Origin: Lytechinus pictus
Lineage: Eukaryota
DNA: 64,000 nucleotides
Reading direction: 5' to 3'
Assembly: GCF_037042905.1 (NCBI RefSeq)
Contig: NC_087250.1
Coordinates: 12,216,001 to 12,280,000 of the forward strand
A program made the position numbers and the translations under genes. Each line of letters begins with the position of its first letter. The first letter of the stretch is position 1. Under the pieces are notes generated by a model. It did not search any database, was not told the DNA's origin, and saw only the letters and a program-made list of their open reading frames with translations. This document shows, piece after piece, positions 51,931-64,000 of this stretch.

Positions 51931-51960
<30 letters not shown>
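51465..51960. repeat. (CAT/CAC)n microsatellite in two duplicated blocks
   Basis: Both blocks are preceded by ATGCAAT.CCAATACTATCCTTTT. Confidence 0.95.
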
Positions 51961-51961
<1 letters not shown>

Positions 51962-52294
51962 ATATTTATTCCTTTTTCTTCTATTCCTTATCTTCTCTTC
52001 CATGTTTTTTTGTCCTTTTCGCTCTTCATTTTCCTCCCTTCATTCCCTTGCTCCATACTATTTTAATTCTCCTCCTTCTATTGCTGCACTTTACAAATTC
52101 TAATCCATATATTTCTCTCTTCGATGACGCCGAAATGAAATGGAAAATATTCCAACACAACGGTAAACAATGCATGTAAGAAAGGCACCAAGAATGGCTC
52201 GATATTTTGTCGCAATGATACATAATCTCTAATACTTTTCTGGAATCTATTGTATGTATGTGTAATTCTACCTTTTCACACGTTTTAAGCATTC

Positions 52295-52560
52295 ATAATA
52301 ATATGATAAATTTGTATAGCGCAGCCACTATTTAAATGTACTCTATATTATGCGCTTTGGTTACTCCTACTGCCTTAACTATTTAGTAAAAAATATTGAT
52401 CTACTTAAACGCTTCCCTACATAGATGTGTCTTCAATAATGTTTTGAAAGCAGGTGCAGACTGGGCCATTCTAATTCTAAGGGGAAATTGGTTCCACAGT
52501 CTCGGAGCTGCGTAGCCAAATGTACAGTCTCAAGAAGTTGCTTTGGTTTTAGAGTGTGGT
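52295..52560 (-). mobile_element. L2/Crack-type LINE 3' end
   Basis: Minus strand translates FGYAAPRLWNQFPLRIRMAQSAPAFKTLLKTHL, followed by a GCGCTATACAAAT..(ATT) tail. Confidence 0.7.
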
Positions 52561-55076
52561 ATTTAATGTACAACTCATCGTAGTTGTACATTATCACGAT
52601 GTGCATCGATCGAGTTTCCGCATCACGTTACGTGGATATAGCCATTGAATAGATTGCTCCTTTGATTTCAAAATGTGAAGCAGGTAAAGTGCAATTGGAT
52701 TGGGGATACTCGCTGCCGATTGGTCTAAATTCACTTCATTCGTCCTCCGTTTGGTCCAATCCCACATGGTCTAATCCTTGTTCCTCCGCAACCAGTTCGT
52801 CTACTAATCATATTTGACTAATGTCTATTTTTGCCATTTACCACCACTAATAATAATAATAATGATAATAACAATAATAATAATAATAAAGAATAAATGC
52901 AATGCAATCAATCAATCAATAATAACGGTATATTTACCCAGGGTAGCCACTTCAGTTCGGAAAACTGTTTTCCCAGCGGGCCCTGCTATTATTATAACCC
53001 GGCTAAGCTAGTCTACCGATTCTGGTGCTCACAGCTTTTTGAGGAATTACTTCCTGCCGGTACCCATTTACCTCACCTGGGTCGAGTGCAGCACACTGTC
53101 TTTGTCTGGAAATTCGACCAACTTGGAAGTAGACTACATGGAAATTAGACTAAGTGGTATTAGACCGAGTGAAACGTAGAGCATTTCCAGCTTCGTCTAA
53201 TATGTATTCATTCCAACAACACTAAGGCTAATAAGTCTATTTGGTTAGATAACCTGTTTGTGATCCAACATCGTATGAAAAAGTAGAATAATTTTAAGTA
53301 CACTCTTAAAAAAGTTTACCCAATATTGGGTGAAATGGGAGCATGCATGTTCGTTGGGTTAAAATTTACCCAATATTCCTGTATATTTTACGCAATGTTG
53401 CGTTGGAATAGTTAGTATAAGTGCTTTTAGACCAAGTGTAGCTTAGACCAGATGGCAATTAGGCTAAACTAATAGTAGACCGAATTGGTATAGCCCAGGT
53501 GATATATGACTATCTGAGACCGACTGCCTTTAGACCAAGCCAGTGCAAACCATTTGACTGTAAACCGGCTGTATTAACCAAAGTCGGTAAGTTCATATCT
53601 AAAGTAGATCAATACTCCGAGCAAAACACACAGGCTCAGGGACACGTCGTACAAATAGTTGTGATTGATTTTGTTTTCTTGAAAAATCAGTGTGCTTCTT
53701 AATCTTTGTGTTTGCAAATGAAGTGCAAATTTTCTGCAGAAAATATGACATTGATGGATTTCCATAGAGTTAGGACTGATCGGTTCAATCGTAACTCTTT
53801 TTAAAAAGGCACCCAGACCTATATGGCGTTATGCTTGTTGGTTTGATTTTAGGCGTCAAGTTCGCTATTTATGAGGACGATTACACATTATAACGAAAGA
53901 AACACAGTGTCTCACATACTGTGTTCATAGTTCACTGTTGTAATGATAGACACACTTTGGGACCCTGTCTTCTTTACGCTCTAAAACAGTTTACCCAATA
54001 TTGGGTAAAATGGAAACTATGCTTGCTGGGTAAAATGATATCAAATACTTTGTAAATTTTTAGCAATGCTGCGTTGAAATTTACCCTTCAAACTTGCCTT
54101 TTGCCCAATACGGGGAAAAATACATAGCGAACATGCTTGTTCCCTTTCTACCCAATATTGCGTAAATTTTCACTCATTTTTTTTTTTTAGAGTGTACAGC
54201 CTTTAAAGCCCAATGTGAAATCACATTCACACTACTTAATTTGAGTATTTCCACAGTGAGATTCACATTTCCACATTGTCCACACTGAGACAGGCTCTTC
54301 ACATGATTCATTTCATATCATTACATACGATACGATGTAAAGTTCACCCTCCAGGCCTCGTGTCGTGAAAAAAGGAGAAAAACCCAGTAATATCGACCTG
54401 TTTCCATACGTTGAAAACATCACTCAAACATTTATATGCATTATAATGTGATAAAAATATTCACAGTTCTTGATTGAGTATTATATTATTCAGAAGCCCG
54501 ACATGATTCCGCAATATGTGACGTCATTACTGACGTCAGACATTTCTTTTTGCCTTTAATAGCTATAATGCAGTTGTCGCTCATGCAGTTGTAACATATG
54601 GTAGTTGGCTTTCACGGGATATACGAAGGCAGGTCACGTAGGGGCCCACCCGGGCGTGTACAGGCGGAACGCTCTCCTCGCTGCAGCGGTTTACCACATC
54701 AAAATGAATAATGTGAGCAAGCAAATTTGCGATTTCATCAAGTCTCAATAAAGAGCGCTGTTTATCAAGATGTTTTACCGAAAATATCAATTTTCGTTGC
54801 TATTTGTTATATCACTCCTTATAAGTTGTTAATTCATCCTCCGTGTATTTTTTCTTTAATTTTCGGTAGTCTTAAGTTTATATTATTTTGTATTTCGTTG
54901 ATTTTATGCAACTTTTCAACTATCATGTACATGTACTTATTTTTGTCTATGTATCCAGCGCTTAGAAAAAAAATGCGTATTAAACACTTTGTAGATGTTT
55001 TATTATTGTTATTTTTATTATCAGCCATTGATGGGTCAAAAACCTACGTTGATTTTGCAGATGTTTTGATTTATTA

Positions 55077-55247
55077 CACTGTAAAAAATGAAGTGCTAAT
55101 TTAGCACTCTCAGTGCTTGTATAGTGACTGCACTTCGAGTGCTGATTTTCTAGTTCAAATTTGAACTAGAAAATCAGCACTGGTAGTGCAGTCACTATAC
55201 AAGCACTGGAAGTGCTAAATTATAATAGCACTTCATTTTTTACAGTG
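55077..55247. mobile_element. Near-perfect foldback MITE (CACTG...CAGTG)
   Basis: Whole-length palindrome centred on CTAGTTCAAATTTGAACTAG; TA on both flanks. Confidence 0.85.
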
Positions 55248-56003
55248 TAAAAAGAGATGAAATTACCTTTTTCGAAAGTTTCTTTTTATGCGATCAGGTA
55301 AAATACACACCCCCCACTTTATTTTGTCCAGAATGATATGAGGAAAAAGAAATAGGGTTAGGGTTAGGTTTTATTTGTTTTAATATGTGAAATTTTGGTA
55401 AGATAAATCGTCGCAGGAATAAACCTTAAATCATCGGCTACGCACAATCAAACATTCATACTTTCTTAGCAATCAGGTAAAGTAACCATTCCCACTCCTT
55501 GAAATAGCGGAAGATTGTATGCCTTAACGACTTTGAGGACTGTCACACACTGAGCATTTCCAAGAAACACAGTCGTTCTCCAATTAAAATCATACTTATG
55601 ACGGAGAATGCATTAAGACACGTGCTCGTATATTGGAGATATTATCCCGGGAAGATAGGGCATGGCCATTGCTCTTTGGGACTTGTTAATCATTTTCAAC
55701 AACGGTGGAGTGTGACAAACTAATTAAGGTTTGTCATGAAGGATATAGGTAATAGGATAAAAAGGGCACAAGGATGATATCGAGATTGGTGGTGTTGATG
55801 ATGATGACGATGATGATAATAATATGCAGTACATGTTTTTTTCTCACTGAATATTATGTGTATTATTGCATTTTAATGTTTGTCTGAAAATTCTGTAAAT
55901 ATTTGACTTTGTAGTGCTTGTATTATGTTGGCAAAAAGAAGCTGCTGAAAACTGCTTATCTAATAAAAGAGAGCCAATGGAGTAAATTAGAAAGTCAAAA
56001 GGG

Positions 56004-56042
56004 GCCTAAGCTTTCGATCCTAGCAGAATCTTCGTCGGAGGC
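56004..56042 (-). ncRNA. Isolated minimal hammerhead-like motif, probable Penelope pseudo-LTR remnant
   Basis: Minus strand reads GCCU-CCGACGA-A-GAUUC-UGCUA-GGAUC-GAAA-GC-UU-AGGC. This gives a 4-bp helix I, a 5-bp helix II (one G-U) and a palindromic AAGCUU helix III. The core has CCGA in place of CUGA. Confidence 0.6.
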
Positions 56043-57457
56043 AAAATGACCATGCTTGTATTATGTTGACAAAAATAAACGATTATATCAACAAAAATGT
56101 GAAACAGTGATTGCAATATCAATAATAACATTAATGATAATAATAATAATGATAATGATAATATATATCATTTATGAGGCGCCGATTTATCTAGTTGCCT
56201 ATTCAATGGCGCACTATATACACCCCGGCTGTAGCTCCAGATCGAGAGATGGGAAGGCGGGGTGGGGGGGGGGGGGGACTGGCGTGTGAAAAAATAAAAA
56301 AAACACGAGGAGATACATGATAACATGGCAAACAAGGCTCAGAGAGGATTCGGTAGTGCTAGGTCGCTGTTCAAAATTATTGAGACCAATTGACATACCA
56401 CCTGCACACGGAAATCCCATGATCTGGTAAGGGAAACGAGTATAGAGATAAATCGCCTCTTCGTCATCGATCTAAACCTGAGTGAAAATAGTCTAGCCTT
56501 AAGGCTCGGGAATATTTAATTATTCCAAAAAGTCAAATTTTCTTCAATTTCAGTGTCTTCCATGCTCCACAATACCTAATGACAAGTTTACCCCAACAAA
56601 AAGTTGATTTGAATAATAAAAAAAGAAAAATCCAACAAGCATAACACTGGAATTTCATCAAAAACTGATGTGAAATAAGAAAAGTATGATATTTTGAAGT
56701 CTTGCTTAATTTCACACAATTGTTATATGCACATCCTGGTTGGCATGCAAATGAGGTGACTGATGACGTAACATACTCACTATTTCTTTTGTATTTTATT
56801 ATATGAAATATAAATTATTCTAATTTTCTCCTTATTGTCATGTGAAACAAAGTTTTATTCCTCCAAGAACATGTATTATTACAATTGTTTTAACATTTTC
56901 ATGGTTAAGTCAAGTTGGTCTTTTTTGTAACATTGTTAAAAATAGAAATATATAATTTTCTTGTGACTATTATTAAGAGAAAATATATTGGTAACAAACC
57001 AGGTCTTTGAAAGTAGGTTTAACCATGTAGGTCCGTGTTTTAACAGCGGAGGAGACGAGGAGCCTTTCTCACACAGTGTTGCGATAGATTCAATTCAAAC
57101 AGACTGAGTCATGATTGAATATGAATTTCAATCCATTTAAACTTTGGCTTGATAATTATGAAAGTGTTTGTTTAAGATGATGCCCTGCCTAAATTTACAC
57201 CTTATGCAACATCCATTGCGCATGATGTTTATATCAAAATGAGGATTCTTTGGATGTGGGATCAGCGTAACATAAAAAAAAAGATTAAAATGAAAATGAG
57301 AAAGAAAGTTAAATAGATCACAATCAACCAATCCACTTTTTCCTATGGAAAAATAATTTTATGTGTATTTCCTTGTCATACTGTTTATCTGTAATCAGCA
57401 TTTATGATTAAGTCCTGTATTTCGTCCTAAAAATACAGTAACTTGGGCCTGTTCGCA

Positions 57458-57744
57458 CACTGCAAAAACACCGGTGTTGATTTACCACAAGCCTGGAATC
57501 TATATCTGTCCACACCAGAGAAGTATTGAAATAACACCAGTTTGGAATCAAACCGATGCTGTTTAAATACTAATCGTTGTTGTATAAACACATATTTTGT
57601 GTGAGACCAAAACCAAACTGGTGTTGTTTAACGCTTCTCTTGTGTGGACAGATATAGATTCCGGGCTGGTGTTAAATCAACACCGGAGTTTTTGCAGTGT
57701 AGATACCAAGCTGGTGTTAATTTAACACCGGCGTTTTTGCAGTG
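57458..57744. mobile_element. CACTG-ended MITE with duplicated right terminus
   Basis: CACTGCAAAAACACCGGTGTT...; TTTTGCAGTG ends at both 57699 and 57744; CA TSD. Confidence 0.8.
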
Positions 57745-57859
57745 CATTGTACCTCCCTTTGTTTTCATATCGAATAAAGATGATATATAAAAAAGAGAGA
57801 ATTAGACGATAAACTTGTAGACCACCATACACTGCTAAAAAGTAAGGTGAGAGCAACAG

Positions 57860-59395
57860 CGTCATTTGGTACCAGATTCATCTGCATAAATAATGAAATG
57901 GGCAAAATTGATCAAATCAGGAAGTGCATGCATGGGTGTTAGTCGTGTTAGTTACCACATACCATCCAAACAGGAATTAAGACGATTAAAGCCCACTTAA
58001 GGCGGGGCGGGGGGGGGGGGGCAAATTTCCATCGCATAAAGTATACCATTTTAAGGTAAGAGAAAATGGTAATGAGAACGCGAGACTGATCTTAATACCA
58101 ATTGGCAAACTTGATCGAATCGGGGAGAAAAACATGGGTGTTAGCCTTGTAAGATAGCACAAATTCAAATGAAACATGAATTAAAACAAGAAACCCATTT
58201 AATTACTTATACATAAAAACAGGACAGTTTTACAGTAAACATGTTTATAAAGGAGCTGGGGGAGACAAATTTTAAATTGCATACCATATTCAAGGTAATA
58301 GAAAATGGAAACGAGAATGAAAGTAAAATGAATCACCATTCACATACTGAATTAAGACAATAAACTGGGAAAGAGCTGGACTCATTTGCATAGCAATTGG
58401 CAAACTTTGTCCAATCGGGGAGAAAAAAAAACATGGGTGTTAGCCCTGTAAGATAGCACTCAATTCACATGAAACAAGATTTAAGAAAAGAAACCCATTT
58501 AATTACTAATACATGAAAACAGGATAATTATTACATTAAAAGTGTTTTTAAGTGCGGCGGGGGAGTTTTATATTTCATACCCTATCAAAGTAGGTAAACA
58601 TGGAAATCAGAACGAGTAAAATAAATCACAATCAACATATTGGATTAAGGCGATAAACTGGGGAGGCGCAAGAGTCATCTGAATGAAAATTGGCAAACCT
58701 GATCGAATCGGGGGAGAAAAACAGCCCTGTGAGATACCACACAATGCACACTGAAAAAATTATGGTGTTGATTTAACACCAGCCTGGAATCTACTATGAC
58801 ACCATAGAAGTGTTAAACAACACCAGTTTCGTTTTGGTCTAACACCAGATAGGTGTTTATACAACACCAACTAGTATTAAGACAACATCGGTTTGATTCC
58901 AAACTGGTGTTGTTTCAATACTTCTCTGGTGTGAACATTCCGGGCTGGTGTTGAATCAACACCGGGGTTTTTGCAGTGCACATGAATCATGAATACGAAC
59001 AAGACATCATCTTATTACTAGTGTATGAAAACCGGAGAACTACATTAAAAAAACGTAGACTGGGAAGATACATTTGCATTGCATACAATATCCATGATAT
59101 CAAACTAAGAGAAAATGGAAATGAGAATGAAAGTGAAATAAATAACCATTCACATATTGAATTAAGACGATAAAATTGGAAGGCTCTAGACTCATCTGCA
59201 TATAAATTGGCAAATTTTGTCGAATCGGGGAGAAAATCATGGGTGTTAGCCCCTTTAGCTACCATATAAAAACACAGTAAACATTACAAAATAAGAAACC
59301 CACTTTAATACTCGTATATGAAAACAGGATAATTGCATTAGACAATGTTAATAAGAGAGGCGGGAAGACAGATTTGCATCACATTACCTATTATA
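57860..59395. repeat. Diverged ~250-300 bp tandem repeat, 4-5 copies
   Basis: TTGGCAAACTT..GAATCGGGGAGAAAA..CATGGGTGTTAGCC and GAAAATGG.AA.GAGAA recur at ~58100, 58400, 58690 and 59210. Confidence 0.8.
58749..58978. mobile_element. CACTG-ended MITE, same family as 57458 in opposite orientation, inserted in a tandem repeat
   Basis: CA TSD; the internal CCAAACTGGTGTTG / ATCGGTTTGATTCC blocks are inverted relative to the 57.5-kb copy. Confidence 0.8.
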
Positions 59396-61540
59396 TGGAT
59401 TTATTGTGGAGACTTGTTAATTTGATTTTGAACTCCCACTCGAAAGATAGTTGTGTAACAAACAAAATAGTCGGTGAAACAACAGCTTCTACCGCGACAT
59501 GCACGAGGGGATACAATGGGCAAGGTCGGAAAGTAGTTTGCAAGCACAGACTCAAATTTGACACTTAAACCACTTATGCCATGTCTAAAGTGACGACTTG
59601 TCTCCAAACTCTCGGTGTAAAGCTTCCACCGTGCATAGTGAACTCAGTCTCACCAATTCAGACCTTGTCGTATGCATTATGCGATTTGAGAAAATCAAAG
59701 GTCTGTGCTTGCAGACTAGTCGTAATGAGAGATTTTATTTTATTCTTCCAATATAATATTCTACTACTAATACTACTAAAATAACGATAGTATTAATGAT
59801 GTTAATAATGATAATAATAATAATGATAATACTACTACTACTACAAATAATAATAATGGCAGTGTCAAAGTAAAGCTAGTAATTAACAATACAACGATAA
59901 TAGTTACTATAATGCTAATTACAATGATAATATTTATGGTTACGGTGGTGGTGTCAGTTATCAAAATGTATTAAATGAGTCTGCAGAAATGTAATTTGAT
60001 AAAGCAATAAACCACTATCTCCAAGGTTTCCATGCTATAAAAATGCAATTTCCGTTTTAAGGGCCAACTTACTGTTTGCTAACAAAAATATCAAATATTA
60101 TAATAGGTAAACCTACAACACACTTGTCTAATACCTATTTATTTCTTTATCAGAATCCGATATAATTTACTTTTTCAACTTTGAAGTTTAGTTCATTAAC
60201 ATTTTTTCCTAGGGTCGTTCCGATTTCTATTCATGAATTGTGTATTTGTTAATTTTGATTGAGTTGTTAGTGAAAAAAATAAATAAACCGAGTTCATCTA
60301 AGCAATGCTAAAATGTGATATTAGACCGATCGGCTATTAAACGAAAATGTACAAGCTAATTGGAAATAAGACAATGAAGACAATTAGACCAAATGGTTAT
60401 CAGATGAACTGGTTGTAAAAAAAGAAGAAAAGGATGAGATGAGACCAAGTCGGAAGTAGACCAATCGCCAGCATACCACCTGACAGCTGAAACGTACACG
60501 TGACTTTCGAGATAGTGGCGTAATGGGTCACGTGATGTGAGTGGTTCAATTGATTGAGTTGAAAGTGAAAAAAAACCAGGAGGAAGCTTACAGCTTCGCA
60601 CTCAAGACAAAATGCTAAAGAAATATAATAATAGCAATTAATTCGATATGTATTCAGCTATCATGGCTGTATCTTGTGTTGTGATTTATCCAATTAATTA
60701 CACTAACACAAAAAGTATATGTGGGACAATATATTGATATTTCTTCGAAGACTACCCGATATTTGATGGAATTCCGTGCTTATTTTGCTCATTTGTCAGC
60801 AATTACGCATTTTCGTCCAGAGCTATTTGGCACATATACATACAAACACTGGTGGTAATTTAATTGGATTTTGTTCAAAATCATTTTAAGATCGTTACCA
60901 CAACTGGTATACAGCTTTAAAGCATATCATTTTTTAATGGGAATCAAAGAACGGAGAAGAGAGAGAGAGAGATAAAGAGAGAGTGAGTAGAGGAACCATA
61001 TTGACCATGAAATAATGTTCATTTTTTATTTTGAGAGCTTTTAAAATGCCCTAGTTCCGTCGCTTCGCAGCGTTGTTATGGTGCTTGTCAATGTAGTCAA
61101 ATATCAGATGTTATGAGAATAATTTGATTAATGGTATGTCCCCGGGAGTATGTCAATGAATATCTATTGACATAAATGTTTGTTGGAGAAATTATGATAC
61201 AATGACGAACAATCCTGCCTTCGATAAAAGGGAAAAGGAAAGTGAAAGGACATGCCTTATATAAATGACGGAGTGTTTGTAGTGTGTAATAACGTCAAAG
61301 CAATCAGACTATGAAAGCACGATAGAGCGAATTTTGAAAAACGGAAACCCACATTTCCTTTCCGTCGTTGACATTTACTCGTACGTGCCGTGATCACACT
61401 ACATGTAGAAAAAAAAAGGCCTGGACACTGTGGGGGAACCAGCTTTAATTGTTTATTTAGAACATTTTATCATTATTATATAAAACCTGTTATTCGGACG
61501 AAAATAGAAAATAACTACTATAACCACGGGGTTTCACTAA

Positions 61541-61975
61541 AGGAGAATGAAACTATTGAAGCAAGTTAGCTTTTGTGAAAGCAGAAAAATCAAAGAATAA
61601 GATCAACAAAAGTTTGAGTAAAATAGGACTAGCAATAGAAGAGTTATGAGCATTTGAATGTCGAGATCACTAATGCTATGGAGATCCTCCTATTGGCAAT
61701 GCGACCAAGATCTATGATGTCACAGATGAACAACTCTCCCCTTTTGGACACTGAAAATATACCCCAAAACATCTCTTATTGCTCATTCTAATCATATGAC
61801 GAACGATTCATCAATGATATAATGTTGTGAAACCTCTGTACTTGTCCTCTCATAAAGAGAACATCTCACCTTGTGATAGACTCTATAAAAGTGAGAATAT
61901 AAGTGAAATAAGTACTAAAGTAATGAGGGAGTTGTACTTGTGTGACATCACAGATCTTGGTCGCATTGCCAATGG
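61541..61975. mobile_element. Kolobok-like MITE (partial)
   Basis: (C)TAA|AGG start; internal inverted repeat ATTGGCAATGCGACCAAGATCT.TGATGTCACA at ~61692 and ~61942. Right end uncertain. Confidence 0.55.
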
Positions 61976-63385
61976 CAATTGTGGTATACAAAGTATACAG
62001 TTATAAACCATACTATGTATACCCACTATTGTGTTCCAACAACCATGACAATTGTGTCGTGAAATAACGCCATCTTCTTTAAAGTGGTAAGGATTTAGAA
62101 AATAGCCGTGATCAAAATCCATTTTATTTACCCATTACCCATCTTGGAGTAGGCGATGAAGGGGAAAATATGTGAAATTGAGGAAAATGTCTCGAAAATC
62201 ATCTCCAATCAATGTATAAGCTTTGTTGAGCTCCACTATTACCGTACTGGTATATTGCCTCGAATCCGTCCATATGGAGAAGCTTTTCAGGAGTGCGAGT
62301 GCCGAGAGTTAGGGGAATGCATGTCAATTTAGACGACTTTCCGTGTCTCTCCCGCGAGATTTAAGTTCCCAGTTTTCACGGGTTGACATACAAATGTCTG
62401 GCTTGCTTTCGAATTGGACGATTGCAGTTATAAAGATGGATGCGACTGGAGAAACTAAAAAAACACAACAAAACAAATAGGATAGCGTCATGCGAAAGCA
62501 TTTTTATCGTAAGCCGCGTCGTAAATCTATAATAAGGAATAACAGAAAATAGAAATACACACAGACACAAACACCCTCACACCCACACACACACACACAC
62601 ATGGAATAATGATTTATATATTTCTCAGAGGGTTCTTGGTTGTATTCTGTTCAATCATTATTCATAGTTGACGAATTACTCTGTATAATTTTTTTCATTT
62701 CCTGTGACTGTCCCACGCATTCTACGTACATCAGTGCTTCCGATCTTAATTTCTAAAAACGATATAAGCAGCATTGTTCCATTCTTTCATTTGAATAAAC
62801 AAACAATACAGAAGTATGCCATTAGTAAACGAATAATATTTTTGTAAAATGTAAAGGCCTACTAAAAATTAAATGGTCGTAGTTTGTGTGCTCCTAAAAG
62901 GTAAATTCCGCTTCCATGTTGAACCATGATAGGTCCATGGTTGAACATAATGGACGTAGTATAGTATTGCCAGTTGTCGGGTTATCAACGCTTGCGTTTG
63001 TCGACCTAACATTCGCGCGCCAGTGAAAACTGGTCCTTTGCATCACCACCCATACATCCTGTCTCCTTATTTGCTCTCATACTCGACGAAGACTACACAG
63101 TGTTTTATTGAAAGAGGTTTTCCCCCTCTTTTTTCGACGGCGATGACTTTTGCTCAGTAAATATGCAATCCATTCCCAATCTTGGGATTCGGATTATTAA
63201 AGGGCTCATGAAATATTCACCCGGTGGATTTTCAAATAGAGTGCAACCACATCCCCCAAGTCCCGCGAAGATCTGCTCGTTAGATCAGGTTTATAATGTT
63301 GCTGTGATATTAAGGCCTGGAACCTTCTTACCATGCACAACATACATTTTGAAGTTCACGTTATATTTCTTTTAAATGATCCTAA

Positions 63386-63934
63386 AGTGAAAGTTCAGCC
63401 AGACCAAACATTAATTGTAACAAATTGCAGAAAAAGTAATAAAAAACATTAATGAAAGTTGGAGGAATTTCCATCAATATTCAAAAGGTTTAGAGTCTTA
63501 TTGTTGTTTATGTCTCACGTCATATGCGAGGATCTTCCCATGTGTCGTGAATTTATAAAAAAATTAATGAAATTCCCCCCCCCCCACACCGGCTCCTACA
63601 AAAAAAAGGAATTTATGTATTCAATATTTCATAACATATGAGCAGCTGCTTGTATTGACGTCACATATCAACATTTTATAATCGTAATAACTTTCTTAAT
63701 CTTTAATAGGTTTTCCTCAAACCGTCGCCAATATCTTGATTATGTTTTTCTGGTATTTTACAATACACTTTTCGTCATGTTTCGTCAGGAAGCTTCTCCC
63801 CTTTAAAATGCATTCTCTATTATACTGCTTTTCATGCTTGCTAAACAAATGCTTTGATATTAATACAATCATCGTATACCTCAGATACACAATACATGAT
63901 GTATGAATAGTAGGTTTACCTAGAGTGAACTCCC
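63386..63934. mobile_element. Kolobok-like MITE
   Basis: CTAA|AGTGAAAGTTCA ... TGAACTCCC|TTAA imperfect termini. Confidence 0.5.
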
Positions 63935-64000
63935 TTAAAATCATTTGATAAGTCAATTCAATAAAAATTATTAAAAAGCTTTTTTTTCTTGTTAACATTA

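Noticed and set aside
51426..52179. His-rich / Ile-rich / Asp-rich ORFs
   Set aside because: Translations of the (CAT/CAC)n microsatellite, open in several frames.

Overview
AT-rich, repeat-dense eukaryotic genomic DNA; the repeat families suggest an echinoderm, probably a sea urchin (inference). Four main elements are supported. (1) A complete minus-strand gene with 3 coding exons (18248-17515, 16591-14704, 13755-13552; 941 aa, splice phases checked) encoding a CD225/dispanin (IFITM/PRRT-like) membrane protein. It has an ~850-aa low-complexity N-terminus and a cysteine-free CD225 domain. (2) A young, 5'-truncated Penelope-like retroelement (26972-28670; RT + GIY-YIG). It has perfect 161-bp inverted pseudo-LTRs, a 12-bp TSD, a 31-nt tail carrying a likely ORF start, and a hammerhead-ribozyme core in each repeat. 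A second, isolated hammerhead-like motif lies at 56004-56042. (3) A probable first coding exon of an unidentified plus-strand gene at ~30.8-30.9 kb. (4) A decayed pogo-like transposon, a ~99-bp hairpin-unit tandem array, many MITEs with readable TSDs (8-bp hAT-type, CWG Harbinger-type, AAAT Sola-type, TA, CA), tRNA-derived SINEs, LINE 3' fragments and microsatellites. Most ORFs in the supplied track are artefacts of simple repeats. All calls were made by eye, without database searches.
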